The position numbers and the translations under genes are program-made. A DNA stretch of 64,000 bases from a virus, in the IMG/VR virus record IMGVR_UViG_3300046513_000134, positions 36,507-100,506 of that record, one strand, 5' to 3'. The notes under the pieces are model-generated. The model saw only the letters and a list, made by a program, of their open reading frames with translations, did not search any database and was not told the origin of the DNA. Positions 25,980 through 35,800 of the stretch are shown in pieces (positions within the stretch are counted from its first letter, which is position 1; each line of letters begins with the position of its first letter).

Positions 25980-28900
25980 CTCTTCACTCCGTAGCCGACC
26001 GCCGTGTAGTCGAAGGTGCGGCTGATTGCCGTCCCGACACTGTTATAATAACGGATGGTGAAGCCGTTCTCCGACTTCGCCGTGATCGCCGCACGGTCCC
26101 CGGTGGCCATGTCTTGGCTTGCCATCGAGAGACCCGTGAGGCCCTTAAACGGTGGGTCGAAGACGACGGTAAGCCCGCCTGTGGGAACCACTAGGTCATT
26201 TCCTGCTATGATGCGGTCAGGCATGTCAACGGTGACGTTGAGGGTACGGAGCACGGGCGTAACCGCAGGGTCGTACGAGATCAGCTTGGCGCGGAACTTG
26301 ATCGCCCTGAAATTAACGTCGCGGGTGATGAACGGCACCCATTCAGACCACGTCGGCTGGGACGTGATTAGTTCGGCCGCCCGGGTTACCGTTGCCGTGG
26401 TGGTCGGAATGATCGACGTTGGAGTAAGCCCTGTCTCAAGCTGGTAGTCAGAGAGGCGGCAAGCAAGCAAGCCGACCGTCCCGGCGTAAGCCTGTGCGTT
26501 GGCTACGGCGCAAGGGAAAACCCCGACGCGGGTATTGTTGGCCGCGCCTCCGGGGGACGGAGTGCCGCTAACCCAACAACGGAATAGGCCGTTACCTAGT
26601 TTCTGGACGCCGCATTGCCCGTTAGTAGCGGTACCCAGCGCTGTCTTGAACGTGACGGTAGGGTTGTTAGGGTCGGTCAAGTCAAAGTTGGCCGCGACTT
26701 GGTTGGATAAGATTTCGTCCCATATAAAAAGCTGAAACAGCTTTCGACCTTCGGGGTCGATGACGCAAGAGAAACAGCTCGCGATGTTGGATACCCGTGA
26801 GATGTTGGCCGCATAGAGTGCTTTGCTGGCATTGGTTGTCGAACTTTCGGTGATTTCCATCATGTTGGTGACGCCGTCAACGCTCTTGCGCGTTCCTACG
26901 GCAAAGGTCGCCGTTGTCGATTGCTTAGTCCAGAAAGCATTGGTGAAATCCCTTGACCAGAGCATGTAGTTCGTCTTGGCCTGCTCATCCAACAGCACTG
27001 GTGCGGCCAGCAGGTCGGCAGGGTTGAAGTTGTAGCGCGGGGCGTTAGCGGCCGCCGTCTTCAGGATGCCATCGGCGTCGAAGTAGGTTCCGGTCGAAGT
27101 GCGAGTTACAACGGCAGTCGGACTGTCCAGTGTCGTGGCATATTCGAGGGCGAAGTTCCACGCGTCGGAGGAAGCCGTCGAGAGCGCGTCCACCGTGGAC
27201 AGCGACGCCCACTTGTCGATCGTGTCGCGGCTGTCGAGGCCGAAGACTTCGATGGATGCCGTCAGGCGGGACGTGTATTCATCCCCAAGGTCCACGACCG
27301 TCGCGAAACTATAAACGCCAACCCCCGGGAAAGCCCCGCCAAAGGGCGTCAATTGCAAGTCGCCCAGCACCACCTGTGAATTGCCCTTGGCTCCAGAGAA
27401 AGTGGGGGCTTCGATCAGATCGACCACGGCGTTGCGGGCGGCGGCGGTGACCGTGTTGATCACCATGGCGACGCCGTCCGAGTAGGTCCCGACAAACGAC
27501 ACTGATCGGATCAGGAAGGTGCCGGCCATGGTCGGAAGCTGGATGCCGGTGCCGGTGGCGTGCTCCACGAGAATGACCGAGCCGTTCCACTCGGGGGTGG
27601 CGACGTTCGGGGTGTGGCGGATTTCGACGTGGCTGACATTGAGGATGTTGGGGATACGCCACGAGAACTGGCTCTGTTCCCCGAGCACCGAGATGCGGAA
27701 CTGGTCCGGGGTTGCCGGTGGAGACTGCAATCCTAGCAACAACACGTTGGTCGAGACGAGCCACCCTGACACGCCAGAGCCAAAGGCTCCGACCGATCGA
27801 ACCCGGAAATTGTAGGTGCCGCCCGGCAGATCCTGAATTGTGATGATCGGGTCATAAGTGTACCCGGCCACCTGCCAAGCGTTAAGCGTGCCGGCCGCGT
27901 CGCGGGTCTGGTACTGCCATTCGAACTGGCCGATACGAGGGTCCTTCGGCGCGGTGACCGCCCAGTCAAGGCCCATGATGGTGCCGGTCTGGCCGAGGGC
28001 ATAGGCGTATTCGTTGAACAACGGAGCCGTGGGGACGCCGAGAGGTCCAGACGGGATCTGCGAGGTATCGATCAGCGAGAACTGGGCATCGACGTCCACG
28101 GCCGCGAACTTCGACGGTTCGTACTGCAGGGTCATGATGTCGTACTTGTTGGGCTCGCTTTCCTTGATGGTGATGACGCGCCCGAGTTCCGGCACAAGAT
28201 CCGAGCGGGACAGCACCCACGTGCTTTGTTCGTCTGGGGCCACGGCAAAGGCGGGGCTGACCGTGATAGCCGATACTGGGTCGCCGTAGGTGTCGATGAC
28301 CACGTTGCTCTCCGCTACCGTGCCATCCGGCAGGGTAACATAAAGCCAGTAGAGGTTGCCCGGTTCGTAGGTGATCGGCTCGTCTATCTGGATGATCGAC
28401 TTGGTGCTCGCCAGCTTCTTGATCGAGGCGTAGTCAACGATCACCGTGCCCGCCGCCGAGCGCCATAGCCGTAGCCACGTCGTCGTCGCCGTTGCAACAA
28501 ATTGCACCTCGGTGTACGTCGCTGCATATGACGTATTGTGGAGGGTGGTGCCCCCTTGGGTTACCCCGATACGCACGCCGCACCCAGCGCCGTTGGTGAC
28601 GCCAAACCGCAGTATGTAGGTCTGGCCGATGACGGTCTTGAAGGACTGATCAGCGGCAACAGTCGCCGTGCCATTGCCGGTGAGGTTGAGTGCGCCGCTG
28701 GTGACCGTGGCGGTCGTGCCTGCCGGAGCGGTTATGGTCCAGCCGGTCAGCCCCTTGGCGAAGTGCCCGTTGTTCAGGAATTCCTGCGGGTCGCCAGAGC
28801 AGCGGCCACTCTGTTCGACACCGGCTTGTGACGGGTCCTGAATGGCAACGATGTCCCCCGGCCGTACCCCGGCATGATCGAGGCCGGCCTGATAGTTTAT

Positions 28901-30379
28901 GCTGTCGGTCTCAAACAGTTCGGTCAGCACCGTCCACTTGGCCATGCGATGGGCCTGACCTCGCGAGGTGCAGCCGACCGCTTCGAACTTGGTGTCGCGG
29001 TAGCCGTATTTGGCGATCCCCTGCTCATTCTGGTAGCAGGCGTAGTCTTCCTTGTAGAAGTCGTCGGGGTTGAGGAACTTGGCGAAGGCCACCGTGTGCC
29101 GGCTCTTCAGCGACGTGCTCTGGCGCTCGAAGGTGCCGTCGATGACGTTCGCCGGGTTGGCCAGCACCGAGGGGTCCTTCGGGCGGTCTTGCGTGGCGAT
29201 GATGGCCCCGGATGACCAGTAGCTCATGCCACGGAAGCACGAGGCCATGGAAGCGAGAGTATCGTAGGCTTCGCGCTTGGTGGAGATGACACCGTTGAAG
29301 GTCATGCGCGGTTCGCTGCCGCCGACGCCGTTGGGGACGTACTCGTCGCAATACTTGGCGATCTCGTAGAGGCCCCACTTGTCTACCTGCGAGATGTCCA
29401 CGTAGTTGCCGAGCCCGTAGCGATCGTTGACGATCATGTCATAGAAGACCCACGCCGGGTTGTTGGTCCACTCCAGCTTGAACGTGCCGTTCCATACCCC
29501 CGTGTAGACGGGGTTGCGACTGATGTTGCCGTTCACGTCGTAGAGGCGGGTGGTGTAGTTCGTCGGCACCCTGATGATGACGCCGTCGATCAGGTACTTG
29601 CGCTCCGGGATCTGCTGGTTGAACTGTTCGCCGTCGATCACCATGCCGATATAGGCGGTGTTCGGGTAGGTGAACTTGGCTTCGACGATCCCCTCGAACG
29701 ACGAGAAGTAGGTCTGGTTCTGCAGCTTGATCTCGCCGCTGTCGGCGGTGAAGCGCGTGACCCGGATTTCCCACGGCGCGCTGGCACCCGAGGGGTTCAC
29801 GGGCAGCTTGAAATAGAACTGCTTGTCGTACGGGGAGACGCACTTGCCGGTGAGGGTAACGACCCCCGAGGACACCGACCACGGCCCGCCTACATAGCGG
29901 ATGTCGATCTGGAACTGCACCGTCGTGCCGTTGATGTTGCCCTTGTCGTCGGATTTCGACAGCGTCGGGATACGAATGGTGACGACGGTGGCGTCATAGT
30001 CGGGGTCGGTCAGCGACCGGGTCAGTGGCACGCCGTACTTGACTTCGGCACCGACGTTGGTGATGGCTTCGACGCCGGAGGCTCCCGGCATCACCGACTG
30101 GTCGGGGTAACCGGCCCTGAAGTCCCAGTTGACGCCCTTGAAGTTATAGTCGCCAGAGGCCGAGACCAGCGGCGTCTCGTTCAGGTAGATAGACTTCGCG
30201 CCGTTGACGAGACCCTTGATGACGCCCTCGCCCAGCATGTCGAGCAGGCGAACCGTGGCCTTCGACCGAAGAGTGTTGGCGCTCTCCTTGCCGCTGTCCC
30301 CTCCTGACCCGCTTTTCCCGCCACCGCCCTTGCGGCCGTTGATGATGAACTGTGGCATGTCTGGTGCGTGAACGTGCAT
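25976..30379 (-). CDS. central tail tip / host-specificity protein (lambda gpJ-like)
   Basis: EG.IKGLVNGAKSIYLNETP, WTNNPAWVFYD, DKWGLY.IAKYCDE, GCTSRGQAHR; FN3 domain and inserted modules. Confidence 0.9.
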   Translation of the reverse strand: MHVHAPDMPQFIINGRKGGGGKSGSGGDSGKESANTLRSKATVRLLDMLGEGVIKGLVNGAKSIYLNETPLVSASGDYNFKGVNWDFRAGYPDQSVMPGASGVEAITNVGAEVKYGVPLTRSLTDPDYDATVVTIRIPTLSKSDDKGNINGTTVQFQIDIRYVGGPWSVSSGVVTLTGKCVSPYDKQFYFKLPVNPSGASAPWEIRVTRFTADSGEIKLQNQTYFSSFEGIVEAKFTYPNTAYIGMVIDGEQFNQQIPERKYLIDGVIIRVPTNYTTRLYDVNGNISRNPVYTGVWNGTFKLEWTNNPAWVFYDMIVNDRYGLGNYVDISQVDKWGLYEIAKYCDEYVPNGVGGSEPRMTFNGVISTKREAYDTLASMASCFRGMSYWSSGAIIATQDRPKDPSVLANPANVIDGTFERQSTSLKSRHTVAFAKFLNPDDFYKEDYACYQNEQGIAKYGYRDTKFEAVGCTSRGQAHRMAKWTVLTELFETDSINYQAGLDHAGVRPGDIVAIQDPSQAGVEQSGRCSGDPQEFLNNGHFAKGLTGWTITAPAGTTATVTSGALNLTGNGTATVAADQSFKTVIGQTYILRFGVTNGAGCGVRIGVTQGGTTLHNTSYAATYTEVQFVATATTTWLRLWRSAAGTVIVDYASIKKLASTKSIIQIDEPITYEPGNLYWLYVTLPDGTVAESNVVIDTYGDPVSAITVSPAFAVAPDEQSTWVLSRSDLVPELGRVITIKESEPNKYDIMTLQYEPSKFAAVDVDAQFSLIDTSQIPSGPLGVPTAPLFNEYAYALGQTGTIMGLDWAVTAPKDPRIGQFEWQYQTRDAAGTLNAWQVAGYTYDPIITIQDLPGGTYNFRVRSVGAFGSGVSGWLVSTNVLLLGLQSPPATPDQFRISVLGEQSQFSWRIPNILNVSHVEIRHTPNVATPEWNGSVILVEHATGTGIQLPTMAGTFLIRSVSFVGTYSDGVAMVINTVTAAARNAVVDLIEAPTFSGAKGNSQVVLGDLQLTPFGGAFPGVGVYSFATVVDLGDEYTSRLTASIEVFGLDSRDTIDKWASLSTVDALSTASSDAWNFALEYATTLDSPTAVVTRTSTGTYFDADGILKTAAANAPRYNFNPADLLAAPVLLDEQAKTNYMLWSRDFTNAFWTKQSTTATFAVGTRKSVDGVTNMMEITESSTTNASKALYAANISRVSNIASCFSCVIDPEGRKLFQLFIWDEILSNQVAANFDLTDPNNPTVTFKTALGTATNGQCGVQKLGNGLFRCWVSGTPSPGGAANNTRVGVFPCAVANAQAYAGTVGLLACRLSDYQLETGLTPTSIIPTTTATVTRAAELITSQPTWSEWVPFITRDVNFRAIKFRAKLISYDPAVTPVLRTLNVTVDMPDRIIAGNDLVVPTGGLTVVFDPPFKGLTGLSMASQDMATGDRAAITAKSENGFTIRYYNSVGTAISRTFDYTAVGYGVKR
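28493..28506. repeat. TGCAA-N4-TTGCA site
   Basis: TGCAACAAATTGCA, in gpJ. Confidence 0.9.
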
Positions 30380-30386
30380 CGTGGGC

Positions 30387-31013
30387 TCACTTGCTCGACT
30401 GGTTGGGGATGGCGATATCGACGGTAGACATGCCGGCAGACATCAGGACGGAGCCGACCATAATCCGGCCGTAGGGGACGGGGACGCCGCCGCCCTGTTC
30501 GGTCACGTTCAACTGGCCGTCGATCATGAAGCTGTCGTCCTTCTTGTCGTCAGCCTTCTTGTTGCTGGTCAGCATCTGCGAGACACCGGCCGCGATCAAC
30601 CCGAGGCCAAGAACCGCGAGGTTGCCGTAGGTCATGCCGCCCAACCCAAAGGTCGAGGCCATGGTCGTAGCCCCGCCGAGAGCCATTGGCACGAAGAAGG
30701 CCGTGGCGAGCAGGAATACCCCGGCGATGATCTTGATCAGGCCGCCCTTCTTGTTGCCCTTCAGGATGGGCATGATGTGGATGTCGCCCTTCTTGCCGAG
30801 CATCAGGTGGACGTCGTCCTGCCCGAGCACCAGCCCCTGCGTCCGGTCCTTGCCCCAGACGACATGGAAATTGTGCTTCTCAAGGAATTCCCGGAAACCT
30901 TCCAGTTGCACGGATAGGGCGCGGACGGCTTCCCCGAGGGAGGCAACCTCCAGCAGGAACGACGCTCCGTATTTCTTCTTGGCGAGGCCGTAGAGGCGCA
31001 CAGTCCTAAGCAT
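30387..31013 (-). CDS. tail assembly protein (gpI-like)
   Basis: VRLYG, EAVRAL, QG..VPVPYGRIMVGS. Confidence 0.85.
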   Translation of the reverse strand: MLRTVRLYGLAKKKYGASFLLEVASLGEAVRALSVQLEGFREFLEKHNFHVVWGKDRTQGLVLGQDDVHLMLGKKGDIHIMPILKGNKKGGLIKIIAGVFLLATAFFVPMALGGATTMASTFGLGGMTYGNLAVLGLGLIAAGVSQMLTSNKKADDKKDDSFMIDGQLNVTEQGGGVPVPYGRIMVGSVLMSAGMSTVDIAIPNQSSK

Positions 31014-31855
31014 TATTCTACCTCCGGGAGATCTTGGTGGCGGACAAGGAAATCGATGCGGTTCTGCCAGATGCTGCCGAGCTGGCGCTTGGAGAGCTGA
31101 TCGCCGGCATGGTGGGCGAATTCGTCGTCGCTGATGAAGACGCCTGCGTGGTTCCTGACCAGCGGCGAATGGAACTTGACGATGAAGCAGTCGCCCATCT
31201 GCGGGTAGTCGCGGTGAACGCGCTTGAACCCACGGCTTTCGAACAGGTCCATGTAGAGATCAACCTTGGCCTCACCCTGTTCGTTGGTCTCTTTCCACCA
31301 TGCGAGGTCGCGGGGGACGTCATCGAAGTGGATGCCCTGCAGGCGGTGCCAGTCGCGCACGAGGCTGTAGCAGTCGTTGATGCCGTGCAGGAAGCCCCGG
31401 CCAATCAGCGGGCGAATGGGCAGGCTGTCGCCCCACCAGACCGGGTTGCCGCAAGTGGTCTCGTCTACGACGGAGATACCGAACGGCCAGCCGCTGGCGA
31501 TCTGCGATGCCATGTCTTCCTTGGTCGGGGAACCGTCCGCCTTGACCAGCGTGCCATCAGTGTTCGTCTCCGGTCCCGACGTGTGGCTGTGGACAAAGCC
31601 TTCGATGTCGTCCTCGTAGGCCGCGTAATCGCGGATGTCGAAGCTGAAGGACGAATGCCGTTGGTCGGCCGGTGCTTGGTTCTCGACCGGCAGGAAACGG
31701 TTTCCCTTCAGGAAGAAGCCGCACGCCTCTTCCGGGAACTTCTCTAGGGCGTAAGCCTTCCAAGCATGCACCGCCATCGGGTGCGTGTTGTTCAGGCCGA
31801 TGTCATGCGCGCATGCGAGCAGCGCCGGGGAAACCACCGAAGGGATAGCTAGCAT
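31013..31855 (-). CDS. tail tip protein gpK-like (JAB + NlpC/P60)
   Basis: EEACG, HSH..P..ED, DCYSL, NHAGV; start codon uncertain. Confidence 0.85.
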   Translation of the reverse strand: MLAIPSVVSPALLACAHDIGLNNTHPMAVHAWKAYALEKFPEEACGFFLKGNRFLPVENQAPADQRHSSFSFDIRDYAAYEDDIEGFVHSHTSGPETNTDGTLVKADGSPTKEDMASQIASGWPFGISVVDETTCGNPVWWGDSLPIRPLIGRGFLHGINDCYSLVRDWHRLQGIHFDDVPRDLAWWKETNEQGEAKVDLYMDLFESRGFKRVHRDYPQMGDCFIVKFHSPLVRNHAGVFISDDEFAHHAGDQLSKRQLGSIWQNRIDFLVRHQDLPEVE

Positions 31856-32516
31856 TGGGTCCGAACCTCTTTTTGCAGCATGTGTCGAAGCGCCGGGATG
31901 GCGTATCGTGGTCATTGGTTGTCGGGACACCCTTCTCGTCAAACGAGCCGCGTGCGCCGGTATAGGGGCACTGGACCCCGGTGTAGTCGAAGGCGGTGCC
32001 TGTCCAGTTACGGTAGCGCCACAGGCAGAAGTCGCGGATGACGGTGCGGGCCGGGAGCTGAATACCCTGCTGATCCATCGCGGCCGCCAGCTTCCACTCG
32101 ACTTGGAACTTGGTGTGCTTGGTCTTCTGCTCGAAGGTGTAGATCTCCGGGGCGAACATCGCCGCGCCGTCCGTCTCTGCGCCGTCGTCCAGAAACTGGG
32201 CGTAGGTCTTGATGCGGGTCAGCTTCGCCCCGATAAGATCGTCGTACTGGGCGGCTATGCCCGAGACGAAACGGGTGGCGTTCGCCAGTTTGATTATGGG
32301 CTGGGGGAGTGGCCCCTGCCCTGACCATTCGAAACCGTCTGCCTGCACGTCGGCAAAGGTGAAGTGCACCCCACCGAAATCGGCCGAACCAGAAGGGCAG
32401 AAGTTCCATACTTGGTTGGTGCCGATCGGGTTTAGATCGACAATGAAGAGTTCGACCAGTGCGCCCGGTTCGAGCTTCTGCGAGGCGCGTTGTACTTTGG
32501 CGTTGGTTACGGTCAC
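31803..32516 (-). CDS. minor tail protein gpL-like
   Basis: LVELF, GFEWSG.G, LPAR...C.WRYR...C.YTG...C..RFG...FGGFPG. Confidence 0.9.
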   Translation of the reverse strand: MTVTNAKVQRASQKLEPGALVELFIVDLNPIGTNQVWNFCPSGSADFGGVHFTFADVQADGFEWSGQGPLPQPIIKLANATRFVSGIAAQYDDLIGAKLTRIKTYAQFLDDGAETDGAAMFAPEIYTFEQKTKHTKFQVEWKLAAAMDQQGIQLPARTVIRDFCLWRYRNWTGTAFDYTGVQCPYTGARGSFDEKGVPTTNDHDTPSRRFDTCCKKRFGPNASYPFGGFPGAARMRA

Positions 32517-32869
32517 GGGGTAAAGACCTCATTGAAGGTGGCGGTGAAGTCGTCGTGCTGGTCTGCAATGTGTTTCACTTCCCACTTCTCGCAGGTCCAC
32601 ATGCGGGGATCGATCTCGCCCGGCACGGTGAACCAGAACGACTGCCAGCCGGCGCGTTCGCGGAAGAAGTCGTCCAGATACTTGCTCTCTGCGCGGGTCA
32701 GGGTAGAGACGGTCAGCGAATAGCTCTGGTTGACGTTGTTGACGCCATCGCCGGCCCGCTGGACGTAGTTGCTGGAAAACTGTGCCTTGAGGACCTTGGC
32801 CTGACGCTGAGCGCCAGAGCCGAAGGAGACGTAGACGTCGTTGGGGAAGGTGAGGGTGTTCGTTGCCAT
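32513..32869 (-). CDS. minor tail protein gpM-like (distal tail)
   Basis: YVQRAGDGVNN, SFWFT.PG, TATFNEVF. Confidence 0.85.
   Translation of the reverse strand: MATNTLTFPNDVYVSFGSGAQRQAKVLKAQFSSNYVQRAGDGVNNVNQSYSLTVSTLTRAESKYLDDFFRERAGWQSFWFTVPGEIDPRMWTCEKWEVKHIADQHDDFTATFNEVFTP
32564..32577. repeat. near-perfect TGCAA-N4-TTGCA site
   Basis: TGCAATGTGTTTCA, in gpM. Confidence 0.6.
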
Positions 32870-32871
32870 CG

Positions 32872-35800
32872 TTACCTCTTAGCCGCTGTAGAGAAGAGCC
32901 CACCCGGGCGCATCTGGTTAAGGACCCACTCGGTCATGTGCTGATCGACGGCGTTGCCCACTTGCTTGCCCATGTTCTTGGCGTGCTCATCGTCACGCGA
33001 CTTGTCTCCCGTGGAAGGCCCGGCGTTGACCGTGACGTTGACGCCACCGACGTTGACACCACCGACCGTGGACGAACCGCCCGAGCGGCCCTTGAGCAGC
33101 TTGGCCGTGCGCTTGTCGTCATCGGCGGTCAGTACCCGTTCGCCCTGCTTGAGGACGGCGCGGTATTCGTCGTTGCCCATGTTGTTGCCACCGCCCGTGT
33201 GGAACTTCGGGGCAGAGCGCCACGACCCACCAAAGCTGAGGCCCGGAGTGCCGTGCCCGGCCATGCCGCCATTGTGGTGGAACATGAAGCCGAGGAGCTG
33301 GCCGAAGATGCCGAGCCCTGCGCCGGCTCCACCGCCGAGTGATCCACCGATCGAGGAGAACAGCCCGCCAAGCCCCTGACCCAAGCCAGCGAAGCCCTGT
33401 GTGGCCCCTGCAGCGGCTGAGCCCGAGGTGGACACCGCGCCGCCGAAGCCAGCGACCGTTGGGGTCGTGGAGTTCAGCTTGGTGTTCATCTGCTGGACGT
33501 TGTTGCCTGCGGTCTGGGCGGCCGGTCCCGTCTGCTGAACGTTCTGACCGAAGCTGCTGACATTGGCACCGGCCGAGGTGGCGGCCGTCGAGGCTCCGAG
33601 GAACTGTGTCTTCAGGCTGTTGAGAGACCCCTGTAGCTGCCCGATCCCCATCGACTGGGCACCCGGGAAGTTGGCCTTCTGTCCCCAGTTCAAGCCGTTC
33701 TGCCAGCTACCGCCAGCCATGCCAGCACTCCTCGATCCACCGAGGTCGAAGTGCATCTGGTCCATCGCGCCATAAGTACCGCGTGTGCCACCGAAGTACC
33801 CACCCCAGCGGAACTGCTGGTTAAGTTCAGGGTACATCTGCTGCTGGGCGACCTTGGCATTCTGGGCGTAGAGTTCGTATTGGCGGAAGGTGGCTGGGTT
33901 CTGGTAGTTGCCGTTGGTCCCGCCGATTGGCTTACCCGCCTGATCGAGGATACGAACGTCGGTGGCGAGGCCCTGACCGTGGAAGCGTGGGTCTCCTGCG
34001 CGGTAGCCGGAGTAAGCCTCGACCTGCATGCCAGAACGCTTGGCTGCTTCCGAGAGGATGGCCGTGAGCCGGGGATCGACGTTCTGGATACCCGCCTTGG
34101 AAAAGTTCCCGACGCCCCGGAGGCTGCCTTCCCCGCTGCCAGCGTTGAGGACTTCCGAGACGATGTCGCCTTTCAGATCCTTGAGAGCGCCGCCTCTGGT
34201 CACGGCTCCGAGTGGGGCTGCGCCTGTGATGTTTGCAATGCCGGGGCCTTGCAGGACGACGGAGGTGGTGTTGACGTAGGCGACGTTGGCGTTCAGGGCA
34301 TTCTGGCCAAGCGTGCCGAACTGGCCGGCCGCCTTCTTCGCATTGGCGAATGCGTCCTTGCCGCCGTTGTCCCCGACACCGGTCTTGGTGATGATCCCGG
34401 CCATGAAGCTGTCGATGCCGTTCTTCAGGTAGGTCTTGGCGATCGACTTGAGCATGCCAGCGGCGGCCGATTTCCAGTCGCCATCCATGAAGCCGTCCAC
34501 GAGACCATCCGATACCGCGTCGGCGGTGGACATCTGCAGGTGGCCGAGCTGTTCCTGCCACGTTCCCAGACCGTTGGCCCAAGCCTGCAGCGACGCTTCC
34601 TGCGCCACCTTCAACTGGTACATGGAAGTGATGTAGTCGCGGAGCGCCTGCTCCTGTTCCTTGGAGACCGCGACGTTCTGGTCCTTCAGCGCGTTGAGGT
34701 CGCTCTGGATGTCCGTTTCGATGTCGGCCTGTTGGCCAATGAACTGGGCGACCTGCAGCTCTTCGCGCATCGTCTTGAGCCGGGCACCGAAGGGGTCTCG
34801 CGAGGACAGCGTCTGGCGGTCGAGGTTCTGCTGCATCTGCGCATACTTCTCGGCCGAGGGGATCAGCCCGGTGTCGTAGGCGTCCTTGAGGCGGCGGGTA
34901 TTGTCAACCCAGCTTCGGATGGCTGCGGTCACCGGGTCAGCGGTGTCGGCAAGCTGGTTGAACGCTTCGAGGTTGGCGACATCCGTCATCTTCTGACGCA
35001 GGCTGAGCTGGTCTTCGAGGCTGATACCCTGTTCCTTGATCAGGTCAGCGATGGCCTGTTCGATCTGAACCTGCTGCTGGCCGAGGCTGGAGCGCTGGCG
35101 GGCGGCTTCCATCTGCTTGGTCAGCGTGTAGTCCTGATTAGCAGCTTCAGCGGCAGCCCGGATCGCCTGCGTCTTCTGCAGGACAGCAGTCAGGCGCTTG
35201 GCCTCTTCGTCGTCAATGCGCCCCTTCGTTTCCTTGATGTCGAGGATGGCGTCGTTGATCTCAAGCTGGTTCTTCTGCTCCTTGGTCACCGCGCCGGTCA
35301 GTGCCTGCTCGCGTTCAAGGTCATAGACCCGGCGCTCGTAGGGGTCAGCCAGTCGCTTGGCGACGGAGAACAAGGTTTCAAGCCGCTGCTGTTCCTTGCT
35401 GTCAACCGCAGATCCACGGCCGGCTTCCTGCTTGGAGGAGATCTTGGCGAGCTGGTCGAGGGCGACGCGGTACTCGTTGATCTGGTCCTTCTGCTTGGTC
35501 CACGTGTCCAGCTTCTCGATGTTGTTCTGCTGCTCTTCGATCAGGCGCAGCGGCACCGTGAATTTCTTGCCTTCATTGAGGTCGAAGCCGCCGACGTTGC
35601 TGTCGTCCACGAGGCGCTGGACCTGCGCCATCTTCTTCTTGCGGGCCTCTTCGTTCTTCATGGCTTCTTCGAACTGCATGGAGGCAGCGTTGTCGTAACC
35701 CTTCCACATGCTGTTGAGTTTGTCACCGCCGTGCTCGATCAGGTCCTGCACGCCGAAGCCGGTCGTGTATTTCTTCTCGTTGCCCTTGGCCCCCTCGACC

